Origin: Bacteroidia bacterium
GTDB taxonomy: Bacteria; Bacteroidota; Bacteroidia; Bacteroidales; UBA932
Assembly: GCA_030537315.1 (NCBI GenBank)
Contig: JAUNNZ010000007.1
Location: forward strand, 381 to 64,380
Direction of reading: 5' to 3'
DNA: 64,000 nucleotides
Position 1 is the stretch's first letter. Each line of letters opens with the position of its first letter. This document shows positions 17,478 to 26,137 of this stretch, in pieces. A model generated the notes under the pieces. That model was not told where the DNA came from, searched no databases, and saw only the letters and a program-made list of their open reading frames with translations. Made by a program: the position numbers and the translations under genes.

Positions 17478-18812
17478 TTATCTGCCTTTCCTGGCCTTCA
17501 TCTGTATCTGAACATCCGTCAGATCGTTGCCATAAGGCTTTACATATATGGTTTCTTCCCTGTAACCTTCTTTTCTGAGTTTGATTTTGTAATTCTGCCG
17601 TCCAGGCAGGCCCTGGACTATGCAAGGCACCACGCCTTTCGGCTCGTCATTGACATACACTTCGGCACCGATGACATTCGAATGAATGCTGAGGGTCGCG
17701 AAGTCGGCCTCTGGCGGAGCCATACTCAGTGAAACGGGGCTGGAATCCTCTATCCTGAGGAACTGCACCCGTGATTCCACACCGGAACGCCTTGTGTTGA
17801 CTGCATAAAAACCTTCCGGAAGTTTTCCAGACCATTTGCCGAAACCGACAGATTCCCTGTTGATGAGAATCTCCATATCGGACTGCGGGGCGGTTATTTC
17901 CACGTCAGCGGAAATTTCAACCTTTACCGGCTGACTGCCGGATGCCGAGCGGGCTTCCTCTGAAAGCCCCCACCTGCTTTTCTGCCAGAAAAGGGAGGCA
18001 TCGTGCTCCTTGTCAAGTTGGACCGTTTTCTTCTCGGCCTCGCCGATTTCCACATCGGCATCATAATAGTATATGCCTTTCCACAAAACCGTCAGACGAT
18101 GACGGCCGGGGGTGATACGCCCCGTTGTGACCTCCCCCCTGCCAAGATATTCCCGGTCAAGATACACCTCTGAGTCCTGATCGTCCGGCCTGACAGTGAT
18201 ATAGCTGTAAAAAGGCTGAAGAGTTATATTCTGTTCTTCCTTCCCCGTGTCAGTCAGCGTAACGCTGTCGCACACCGACGAATGGAACGGGGCTTCCACC
18301 TTATATTTATGCGTGCCGATCGGCAAGTAGAACTGCGCCTTGCCGTCACGGACCAGGGTCGTGGTGGAATCGACCGATACAATGGCATCTTCGGGCCATA
18401 CGTTGAAGGTAAGCCATTGCCTGGACAGTTTGAACAGCTTGTCCGGGCTGTAAGTTGCAAGATATGCGGAATAGTGCTTGAAGCGCTTCAATTTGACAGG
18501 CGCTTTCCATATGCACTGTCCGAAGTCAGGATGTTTTATGACAAGATAGGAAGTCTTGTGAGGGGCGATGACCCTGACCACACCATCATCCTCCTGCGGT
18601 TCGATTGGATTTTTGCCGTCGGCAAGGAAAGTGAACCCGCTTTCCCCCGTTTTGAAATCTATGATTGCGCCTGATTTGTCAAGGTCGACCTTAAGGCCCG
18701 GCTGGGACGGCTTGTACTTGATAAAATCAAGAACCTCCATCTGCTGGGCGGCTGCGCCGGCGGCAGACAGAAGGCCCAGGGCAACGGCAATCCACAGCCT
18801 CAATCCGGACAT
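17478..18812 (-). CDS. Exported PEGA-domain protein
   Basis: Likely ATG at 18812 overlapping the upstream TGA; signal peptide ending AAA-QQ; several PEGA-like repeats (SNVIGAEVYVND...GVVP....L......IKLRKEGY). Confidence 0.8.
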   Translation of the reverse strand: MSGLRLWIAVALGLLSAAGAAAQQMEVLDFIKYKPSQPGLKVDLDKSGAIIDFKTGESGFTFLADGKNPIEPQEDDGVVRVIAPHKTSYLVIKHPDFGQCIWKAPVKLKRFKHYSAYLATYSPDKLFKLSRQWLTFNVWPEDAIVSVDSTTTLVRDGKAQFYLPIGTHKYKVEAPFHSSVCDSVTLTDTGKEEQNITLQPFYSYITVRPDDQDSEVYLDREYLGRGEVTTGRITPGRHRLTVLWKGIYYYDADVEIGEAEKKTVQLDKEHDASLFWQKSRWGLSEEARSASGSQPVKVEISADVEITAPQSDMEILINRESVGFGKWSGKLPEGFYAVNTRRSGVESRVQFLRIEDSSPVSLSMAPPEADFATLSIHSNVIGAEVYVNDEPKGVVPCIVQGLPGRQNYKIKLRKEGYREETIYVKPYGNDLTDVQIQMKARKGR

Positions 18813-19291
18813 CAGTCGCAATTGTGTATGATGTGCAATGACTTGTTGGAGTCAACTCCGAGGTATGTGATGGAGGACACCAGGATGCTGACGCATATGC
18901 TCTGCCTCAGCAGGCCGTCGTCAGGCGATGAACTTTTGTGGGTCTCATCGACATCAACCACATAGCCATAGACAACCATTCCGGCATCATATCCCTTCAG
19001 CTTCGAGTTCTCGTCGAAAGTCGCATCGAACAGAAATGAGAACGGGCAGCGTGAGTTCTGCTGAAGTCTTTCATAAAAGACCTTCCCACAGTCGGCGGAA
19101 GCCGATTTGACGGAAAGGTTCAATACGACTGAAAGTGTCGAGCCGAAAGGAACTCCCGTTTCATCACGGGAGCGTTCGCACTTGTAATCAAAATGCTGTA
19201 CGGTAAGGAAACTATCCCTGGTTATGGCGGCCGCACTCATCGTGACATCATCCGCCACAATCAACGCCTTGTAATGATTAGACAATAACAT
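18812..19291 (-). CDS. Divergent Hcp/TssD-like tube protein
   Basis: Likely start MLLSNH at 19291; FDYKCERSRDETGVP and GYVVDVDE resemble the TssD pattern; fourth gene of the tandem set. Confidence 0.55.
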   Translation of the reverse strand: MLLSNHYKALIVADDVTMSAAAITRDSFLTVQHFDYKCERSRDETGVPFGSTLSVVLNLSVKSASADCGKVFYERLQQNSRCPFSFLFDATFDENSKLKGYDAGMVVYGYVVDVDETHKSSSPDDGLLRQSICVSILVSSITYLGVDSNKSLHIIHNCD

Positions 19292-19298
19292 AGACTTC

Positions 19299-19715
19299 TC
19301 AATCCTTCCTGTTTCTGAACTCGACAGAGTCAACCGTAATCTTTTCCGACACTATTTCAAGAATCAGCATCCTCCTGTAATGAGCGTCTTTATCATATAC
19401 TTCCTCCAGCGAAAGACAATGGGCATCCTCGAAAAGAATCTCCTTTGGATTTTCATCAATCTCCCCTGTCGGAGCCAGATTGACAATCAGACGGCCGCTC
19501 TGGACATAGCCGTTGGCATACCACTCATACAGTCCCAGGTCATTTTTCCCGGGAGCGACTACCTTGACGGTGATCTTGTCGCACCGCGCAATGCCTTCCG
19601 GACGGAAATGGTTGTAGCGCCGCAGGAAATGACAATTGCATTCCGCGACAAGGTACTCACTCGAATAGAGATGAGCACCGTTGTCGCCGAATTGCAATGA
19701 AGCCAACATTGACAT
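19299..19715 (-). CDS. Divergent Hcp/TssD-like tube protein
   Basis: KITVKV, LYEWY, KEILFEDAHCLSLEE and terminal VEF match the TssD pattern. Confidence 0.65.
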   Translation of the reverse strand: MSMLASLQFGDNGAHLYSSEYLVAECNCHFLRRYNHFRPEGIARCDKITVKVVAPGKNDLGLYEWYANGYVQSGRLIVNLAPTGEIDENPKEILFEDAHCLSLEEVYDKDAHYRRMLILEIVSEKITVDSVEFRNRKD

Positions 19716-19738
19716 ATCAATAATTGGTTTTCAGAAGA

Positions 19739-20137
19739 TTATTTCCAAGGGTTGACGAACTCGATGGAGCCGTTCTTGAGAGACTTGCAAACGATTTTAA
19801 TCTCCTCATAGTGGCCAACGCCTTCCTCCCATTTCTCAATGTAGTGGGCGCAGTAGCAGTTCGTACCCTCGAGGGTTTTCATTGTGGAACCGTCGATGGT
19901 GTTGGCGAACACAATCTTGACGTCACGTGGATCTGTCGGGTTGAGCTTCCATCCAAGGAGCTGGTAGTTGCCGTCATTCAAAGCCTTGACGCGCACTGTG
20001 ATGAGTCCGCCGCGGGGATTGCCTGCGATCTGGCCTTCCACGTCAGTAGCCTGATTGAATCTGTAATCAACGAAGATTACCTCACGGTTGTCGAAGCCAT
20101 TGATCTGAAGCTCAACCGGAGTAATATTTTCTGCCAT
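19739..20137 (-). CDS. tssD: Hcp/TssD tube protein
   Basis: YRFNQATDVEGQ..G.PRGG.I.VRV, GW, YC..Y.E.W motifs; 132 aa. Confidence 0.88.
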   Translation of the reverse strand: MAENITPVELQINGFDNREVIFVDYRFNQATDVEGQIAGNPRGGLITVRVKALNDGNYQLLGWKLNPTDPRDVKIVFANTIDGSTMKTLEGTNCYCAHYIEKWEEGVGHYEEIKIVCKSLKNGSIEFVNPWK

Positions 20138-20165
20138 AATTGATTTTCTTTAAATGTTCAAAAAA

Positions 20166-20558
20166 TTAAGCCCATTCATTGACAAACTCGACGTCGCCGA
20201 ATTTGATTTGCTTGCAAGTGATGACAATCTCCTCAAAATGTCCGATCTTGTCCTCCCATCTTTCCTGGAAGTCTACACAATAGCCCTTTGTGAACTTGAT
20301 TTCCTTCATCTTCTTTCCTGAGACTGTCTCAAAGAATGTGATGGTTCCGTCCTTAGGGAGGTTGCGCTCAACCATCCAGCCAAGAAGCTCGGGAGTACCG
20401 TCATTGAGGGCTTTTACGCGAATTTTAATTTTACCACCGCGGGGGATGCCGGAAAGCTGTCCATCGACATCCATTGTCTGATCGAATTCGTAAGTGACCA
20501 TCTGGACCTCACGCTCTTTGTAACCGTCGATCTCGATTTTAACAGGTGTTTTTGCCAT
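20166..20558 (-). CDS. tssD: Hcp/TssD tube protein
   Basis: YEFDQTMDVDGQ.SG.PRGGKI, GWM, KEIKF.KGYCVDFQE; paralogue of the neighbouring gene. Confidence 0.9.
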   Translation of the reverse strand: MAKTPVKIEIDGYKEREVQMVTYEFDQTMDVDGQLSGIPRGGKIKIRVKALNDGTPELLGWMVERNLPKDGTITFFETVSGKKMKEIKFTKGYCVDFQERWEDKIGHFEEIVITCKQIKFGDVEFVNEWA

Positions 20559-20608
20559 AATATAATAGCTTTAAGTTGTTGTTTTATATAACCTGACTTT
20601 GTCAAACC

Positions 20609-21964
20609 CTAAGCCACATCCGCGCTCTTGTCCTTCTTGTCGGCAGAGACCTTGATGACGAAGTTCTTTGCTGAATAGAACGGAGTGAGACTGATGTCGC
20701 AGGTGATGCGTTTGGTGACAGGGTCCTGCTGAGGCTCCTTGATCTCGTAATCCTGGAAGAGATTGCCATAGCCCTTGTAGTCGTTGAGGAAGGCCTGCAG
20801 CTTCGCCTTGAGGTTCTTAGGAGAGTTGTACGGATCCCAGTTCTCGAGAGCCACTTCGTGCACGTAGTTCATAAGCACCTTCTTGACCCAGTCAAAAACG
20901 CGTACGATAGGATATTCCTTCATTGCCGTAAGATCGCCGTTGTAGAGGGTGGCGTTGTTGAAAGCCATCACCCTGCCTTCGGAATAGACCATAGGAATGA
21001 CCTGGTTGTCCATAAGGGAAGCAATCTCTGACTTGAGGAGATCGAGCTTCACGCCCTTCACGCCGTCAAGGGTACCATATTTCTTGCCACCTGCGCCCTG
21101 AGCCATATTCGCACTCTCGTCATAAAGCTTTCCGCAGAGCGCGCCTGAAGGATAAACGTAGAACGCATTGGCATCAGCTTCATCCTCTGACATCTTCTCT
21201 GACTCGCGGCCTACAATCCAGTTGGCTGTCATAACCACGTTCATAAGTTCTGCATCGCTGTCCTTGTAGCTCTCAGTGTTGGCCTGGAGGTCATCGAATG
21301 AATATTCGTCAGCGTGGTCGGTGATAAGGAGCACCTTGTACTTGTAGGCAATCTTGGCCCACTGAAGAAGGGTCGGCTTGTCCTGGAACACGTTGCCAGG
21401 GATACATACAAGACTGTATGCGTCCTTGAGGCTCAAACGGTCGAAACCGTCGCGGAGGAGACCCTCCACTTCGCCGGCGAAGCCTGAATCAGGGTCTGCG
21501 ATGTCCTCCTTGAAAACATTGATGACGCGGAGGTTCTTCACCTTCTCGGCATTGGCTGACTTGAAGAATGCATCGAGCGAACGGTATGAGCGCTCGAGGT
21601 CCTTGGTGGCGAAGAGAGCATCGGTGATACCCTGCTTGAGGACAGCGGTATATTTGTCTTCCTTAGCCTTGCAGGCGTCGGTGAATTCCGTTGCACTGCC
21701 ATAGCCTTCGCCAAGGATTTCAATCCAACCCTTGAGGTCTTCTGCAAGCGAATCTCTCTTGTCCTTGAATCGCTTGTCGGTGAGGAACACCGATTTCGCG
21801 GCCTTGCGCGCAGGGTTCATATTGTCGGCGTCCGGAAGGAATCCGCGGACGGCATTGAAACCGCCGAAAGATGAAAGAAGGTTCGAGGTGTCTTTCGCAG
21901 CAGCCTTCACTTCACCCGCAGCCTGTTCAACGGCTACGCTTTTTTTCATTTCTGTATCTGCCAT
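20609..21964 (-). CDS. tssC: T6SS large sheath subunit TssC (DUF5458 family)
   Basis: NPARKAAK..FL, LERSYRSL..FF, DRLSLKD.YSLV.IPG, AQG.GG.KYG, YPIVRVFDWV.K motifs. Confidence 0.92.
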   Translation of the reverse strand: MADTEMKKSVAVEQAAGEVKAAAKDTSNLLSSFGGFNAVRGFLPDADNMNPARKAAKSVFLTDKRFKDKRDSLAEDLKGWIEILGEGYGSATEFTDACKAKEDKYTAVLKQGITDALFATKDLERSYRSLDAFFKSANAEKVKNLRVINVFKEDIADPDSGFAGEVEGLLRDGFDRLSLKDAYSLVCIPGNVFQDKPTLLQWAKIAYKYKVLLITDHADEYSFDDLQANTESYKDSDAELMNVVMTANWIVGRESEKMSEDEADANAFYVYPSGALCGKLYDESANMAQGAGGKKYGTLDGVKGVKLDLLKSEIASLMDNQVIPMVYSEGRVMAFNNATLYNGDLTAMKEYPIVRVFDWVKKVLMNYVHEVALENWDPYNSPKNLKAKLQAFLNDYKGYGNLFQDYEIKEPQQDPVTKRITCDISLTPFYSAKNFVIKVSADKKDKSADVA

Positions 21965-21981
21965 AGTATCGTTGTTTTTAA

Positions 21982-22446
21982 TTATTTCGCTGATTCGATT
22001 TCGGCAAGCATAGCTTCAAGCATCTCCTTGAGCTCGGCCCTTGAGGACTCATCCTTCAGGATTTCGCGGAGCTTGCGGTTCTGCTCGATGCTCTTGCGGA
22101 TCTTCACGTTGGTGTCAATCTTCTGCTTGACACCTGACAGGAATTCGCTATTCTCGACGAGACGGCCCTTTCCGCCGTTCGCCTCGAAATCACGGAGTTC
22201 ACCGAATTTGAGAGTCTCGCTCACTGAGCCACCTTCCTCATCGGTGAAGTCAACATTTACCTTCGGCTTGAAATGCGCGAAAGCATCTCCGATACTCTGG
22301 ATATCCTCGACAAGTTCAGGGTTGCCAGGCTCTGCATCAGAGGTAAACTGATCGACCATCAATGTCTTATTGCTGTCGATGGGGGAAACTTTGGCGTTGG
22401 ACTGCTCATCCGGTGCCATTGAGATAAAGTTCTCTTTCATTGCCAT
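21982..22446 (-). CDS. tssB: T6SS small sheath subunit TssB (Bacteroidota type)
   Basis: NKTL..DQFT, PELVE, FAHFKP.V.VDF.DEEG..V.E.L.F..L.DF motifs; precedes tssC. Confidence 0.9.
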   Translation of the reverse strand: MAMKENFISMAPDEQSNAKVSPIDSNKTLMVDQFTSDAEPGNPELVEDIQSIGDAFAHFKPKVNVDFTDEEGGSVSETLKFGELRDFEANGGKGRLVENSEFLSGVKQKIDTNVKIRKSIEQNRKLREILKDESSRAELKEMLEAMLAEIESAK

Positions 22447-22460
22447 AGTAACTGTGGTAT

Positions 22461-24692
22461 TTATTGTTTAACGTTAAATTCTATTTCATCATTTCCGCCG
22501 ACGCTCACGACAATTGTGTCACCGGCTTTCGCTTTCCCGGCGATGATCATCTTGGACAGAGGGTTGCGGAGTTCCTTGCGTATGATTCCGATGATAGGAC
22601 GTGCGCCATACTGCGGATTGAAGCCGCGCATCGCAATGACCTTCTTGACGTCATCCGGCATCTCAAGCTTGATCTCCTGCTCGTCAAGCAGCTTGACAAG
22701 CCCTTTGAGATGGATGTCGAATATGCGGACAACCGTTTCTTCCGTAATTGGAGAGAACGGAACGATCTCGGTGAGTCGGCCGAGGAATTCCGGACGGAAG
22801 TAATCCTGCATTATCTCCATCAGGTCGTTGTTCTGAGGCACCACACCCTTGTTGAACTGCTCCACGACAAACTTACTGCCGATGTTGGAGGTGAACAGGA
22901 TGAGTGCATTCGAGAAATCGCCGACGCGGCCAAGGCGGTCATGAAGCTTGCCTTCGTCGAGAATCTGGAGGAACAGGTCGAAGACCGACTTGTGCGCTTT
23001 CTCGATTTCATCGAAAAGAACGACTGAGTAAGGGTTCTGGCGGATCTTGTTCACAAGAAGGCCGCCCTCTTCGTATCCGACGTATCCCGGAGGCGCACCG
23101 TAAAGGAGGGCGACGGAGTGCTCCTCCTTGAATTCGGACATATCGAAACGTATGAGTGCTGACTCGTCACCGAAAAGGAATTCGGCGAGAGCCTTTGAAA
23201 GTTCAGTCTTACCTGTACCGGTAGGTCCGAGGAAGAAGAACGAGCCCATAGGCTGACCCTTCTTGTTCAGGCCTGAACGGGCCTCGAACACAGCGTCGAG
23301 GACTTTCTTGACTGCGTGATCCTGGCCTACGACCCTGCGTTTGAGGGACTCCTCGCCGCCGAGTAGACGGTCACGTTCCTGGGTCTGGACCTTTCCGAGA
23401 GGCACTCCCGTCTTTTCCGCCACGACAGCGCAGAGATCGGAAGCATCCAGAGCGCAGCGCCTGTCGGCTTCAGCCTTCTTGTCATTGACGGTCTTGAGGT
23501 GAGCCATCGCGCGGTCGATGAGGTCGAACGCGGAATCCGGCAGGGAGCGCTCCGTAAGGTAGCGCTTTGCCAGGCGGACGGATTCGATCATTTCAGCTTC
23601 GCCCACCGTAAGTTTGTGGAACTGCTCGTAGGATGGTATCGCGCCCTTGAGGATTTCCAGCGTATGGTCCTTGTCCGGTTCCTCGACATTGAACTTCTCA
23701 ATCTTGTTGAGCATCTCCTTGTCGAGCTCTATGTTCTTGGTGTATCCTTCGATGGAAGACGTGGCAAGCAGTCTGAGCTCACCCTTCGTGAGTTCCTGCT
23801 TGAGGATGGTCGATGCGCCGAAAAGGTTGCTCTGTTTGTCGAAGAGTTTGTCGAGGGCCTCGATGACGAGGATTGCATTCTGACGCGACTCGATTTCCTT
23901 GACAAGGTTCTTGAAGCGGTCCTCCACCTCTCCGCGGTACTGGGCGTCAGCGCCAAGGGCGGTAATGTCGAGTTCGTATATCTGAGCCCCCTGGAGGAAG
24001 GCAGGGACTTTGCCCTGCGCCAGTTGTGCGATGAAAGCGTTGACGAGTGAGGTCTTTCCGACTCCGGCATCTCCGGTGATGAGGAGATTCGCCTTGGTCT
24101 TCCTGCCGAGGATTTCGTGGATGAGCGCCGTCTCATCCTCGAAACCAACGATGACGGGAGCTGTGCCGGAGTTATACTCGGCGATCTTGTCGATGCAGTA
24201 TTTCTTGATCATTCCCACCGCAGGCGAAGAGGCACCCGCTGCCGGAGTGTCGTAGGACGGTTCAGCCGCAGCAGCACCGACGCCCACGTTCTCGCAGATA
24301 TCAGCAGGGGAAAGCGGGAGTGTCTTCAGCTGGTCGAAAGTGAAACCCACCCCCGGAGTCACGAGAGAGGCAAGGATGCAGACGGCATCGCGCTGATCCC
24401 TGTCAAACTTGACACGGTAATTGTCAGCCTCTTCAAGAACGGCTTCCGACTCTTCGGAATATTCCAGGTCGCGCATCGGCCTGGCTGATTTCGGCGACAT
24501 CTGCATCTGGACGTCAGCCCAGTCCTGGAGGAAGTAGTAATCCTTGTCGAGGACTGTCTCGATGTAGTGCACCAGACCCAGTTCCTTGTGAAGGATTGCC
24601 TTGAAAAGATGTGATGGGTAAATGGCATCGCTGCAGCACTCTTCTGCAAAAGAGCCGGCGATTTTCTTGAGAAGTTCGTTGATGTTTTCCAC
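22461..24692 (-). CDS. tssH: ClpV/TssH AAA+ ATPase (ClpA/B family)
   Basis: Two NBDs (GDAGVGKT; GPTGTGKT and LFDEIEKAH), RFDMSEFKEEH, GAPPGYVGY; no ClpB middle domain; first gene of the T6SS operon; GTG start. Confidence 0.9.
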   Translation of the reverse strand: MENINELLKKIAGSFAEECCSDAIYPSHLFKAILHKELGLVHYIETVLDKDYYFLQDWADVQMQMSPKSARPMRDLEYSEESEAVLEEADNYRVKFDRDQRDAVCILASLVTPGVGFTFDQLKTLPLSPADICENVGVGAAAAEPSYDTPAAGASSPAVGMIKKYCIDKIAEYNSGTAPVIVGFEDETALIHEILGRKTKANLLITGDAGVGKTSLVNAFIAQLAQGKVPAFLQGAQIYELDITALGADAQYRGEVEDRFKNLVKEIESRQNAILVIEALDKLFDKQSNLFGASTILKQELTKGELRLLATSSIEGYTKNIELDKEMLNKIEKFNVEEPDKDHTLEILKGAIPSYEQFHKLTVGEAEMIESVRLAKRYLTERSLPDSAFDLIDRAMAHLKTVNDKKAEADRRCALDASDLCAVVAEKTGVPLGKVQTQERDRLLGGEESLKRRVVGQDHAVKKVLDAVFEARSGLNKKGQPMGSFFFLGPTGTGKTELSKALAEFLFGDESALIRFDMSEFKEEHSVALLYGAPPGYVGYEEGGLLVNKIRQNPYSVVLFDEIEKAHKSVFDLFLQILDEGKLHDRLGRVGDFSNALILFTSNIGSKFVVEQFNKGVVPQNNDLMEIMQDYFRPEFLGRLTEIVPFSPITEETVVRIFDIHLKGLVKLLDEQEIKLEMPDDVKKVIAMRGFNPQYGARPIIGIIRKELRNPLSKMIIAGKAKAGDTIVVSVGGNDEIEFNVKQ

Positions 24693-24709
24693 GATTTTTG
24701 GCTATTAAT

Positions 24710-24747
24710 CCACGGCTTCGCCGCGGCCTGTCACACGCGCGCAGGCC
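24710..24747 (-). promoter_or_regulatory. Structured 5' leader of the T6SS operon (two adjacent hairpins, the second with a GCGAAGC core)
   Basis: Minus strand reads GGCCTG-N11-CAGGCC then CCGCGGC-GAA-GCCGTGG, between the promoter and the clpV start. Confidence 0.45.
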
Positions 24748-24770
24748 CGAGCACGGGTAATGTTATTACG

Positions 24771-24778
24771 CAAATTTA
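24771..24778 (-). promoter_or_regulatory. Bacteroidota sigma-A -7 element (TAAATTTG) for the T6SS operon
   Basis: Matches TAnnTTTG about 80 nt upstream of the clpV start. Confidence 0.6.
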
Positions 24779-24821
24779 CCGATTTTCAGGCAAATATGCA
24801 ATAGAGTGCAGTAAAAAGGCA

Positions 24822-26129
24822 TTATGGACAAACAGGACGGACAAATAAAGTGGCCGTCTTATCCAATACCTGATACTCCCTGCTTGAGCTGCTGACAAAG
24901 TGGAGATCATACGCACTGGTTGCGTCAGAAGCCGTTGCAGACCAGTAATTACCTTGCTTATAGTCACCGCTTGTAGCCGGCAGGAATATGTGTGTGTCTG
25001 ATTCTTCGCTATAGGTTACACCGCTCGCCGGCGAGCCGATCCTACCCTTGTCCGAATCCGCCTTCGTCTTGAACACTATGAAACCAGCCACTCCGGAAGA
25101 CATGTACGAAGAAGTCCATCGCCAGAATGTTCCAGTGGCAAGCTCAACGAAATCATCTTTCGTCGGCACACGCCACCGCCCACCCCACGAAGACGCCGAC
25201 GCGTCAGCCCACGTGCTATTAGTTCCAATACCCGACACCGAAGTGGCGCCGACATTCATGGTGGCCCACTTCAAGCCCGAGGTCAGACCCAGATTCACAT
25301 AGTCGTGGTTGTTATATTTCGGGTCAAGAGACAAGGATATCCCCGTAACCCTGCTCCTATAGATGCGAACGTCTACACCTGTTTTGGCAGCCCTGTGAAA
25401 ACTGCCGCAATCAGTATTGACAGTAATATCAAATCCTTCGTAGTCGCATTGCGGGAGATATATGTAAAAATCCTCACCTGAAGTACTTACCGTCCGATTA
25501 CAGGTATATGTTACCCCGGCAGGGTTCAGCGGGCTTCCGGCCGGGACCGCCTTCCAGGCGTCGGAAGAACCGTCCTGCTGGATTTCACATTCACCGGACA
25601 AGCTGAGGTTGTCCGATTCCAGCTTGATCGAAGTAACCTTGAACGGGTCGTTTGCCGATTTCAGATTCAGTTTGAGCAGGCCGCAGAGATTCTTGAAACT
25701 CAGGCTGCCCGAGGACGACTCGGCATACATCGGGAAACCGGAAACCACACCGGAAGCAGGCTCTTGCTGAACAGACGGAAGGTTAACGGACATCTTCCCT
25801 CCGGACCATCCGGTTATCTCGTATGGATAGCAAGCCTTGAAAGTCGGCGATGGGGCATCCAATGCCTCCGAGACAAATGATGCAGTACCACCCGAAGAGT
25901 TCTCGGCAGTATAACAGAAATCATTTATCCGTATCCTGTCCCCATCAGACCACGAAATGCAGAAGCCTGACGCTCCGTCGTCACTGAGGGCAGTCTTCGT
26001 AGAACCGTCTATCGGCTCGAATGCTTCGACGGTGGCATTGAAAACCCGCTTTGCAGGTCGCAGCTCCTTGCTGCAGCCTGCAAGAACGGCAAGCAATGCC
26101 AGAAACGGTATGACGGTCCGCAATTTCAT
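24822..26129 (-). CDS. Fimbrillin-like (type V pilin) lipoprotein with C-terminal lectin-like domain
   Basis: Lipobox LAGC; TKT...W..GD.I.IN, YPY, PMYA.S....L.FKNL.G.L; C-terminal YVNLGL.SGLKWA.MNVGA...WRVPT...IFLPA...YWS...VRPV. Confidence 0.8.
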   Translation of the reverse strand: MKLRTVIPFLALLAVLAGCSKELRPAKRVFNATVEAFEPIDGSTKTALSDDGASGFCISWSDGDRIRINDFCYTAENSSGGTASFVSEALDAPSPTFKACYPYEITGWSGGKMSVNLPSVQQEPASGVVSGFPMYAESSSGSLSFKNLCGLLKLNLKSANDPFKVTSIKLESDNLSLSGECEIQQDGSSDAWKAVPAGSPLNPAGVTYTCNRTVSTSGEDFYIYLPQCDYEGFDITVNTDCGSFHRAAKTGVDVRIYRSRVTGISLSLDPKYNNHDYVNLGLTSGLKWATMNVGATSVSGIGTNSTWADASASSWGGRWRVPTKDDFVELATGTFWRWTSSYMSSGVAGFIVFKTKADSDKGRIGSPASGVTYSEESDTHIFLPATSGDYKQGNYWSATASDATSAYDLHFVSSSSREYQVLDKTATLFVRPVCP

Positions 26130-26137
26130 CCCCGGTA

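Noticed and set aside
5732-22446. Prophage or tailocin interpretation of the tail-like genes
   Set aside because: No capsid, terminase, integrase, tape-measure or lysis genes; the split TssB/TssC sheath, TssK and ClpV indicate a T6SS-type machine
22461-24692. Housekeeping ClpB/ClpC chaperone
   Set aside because: No middle coiled-coil domain, degenerate NBD1, and it heads the tssB-tssC operon
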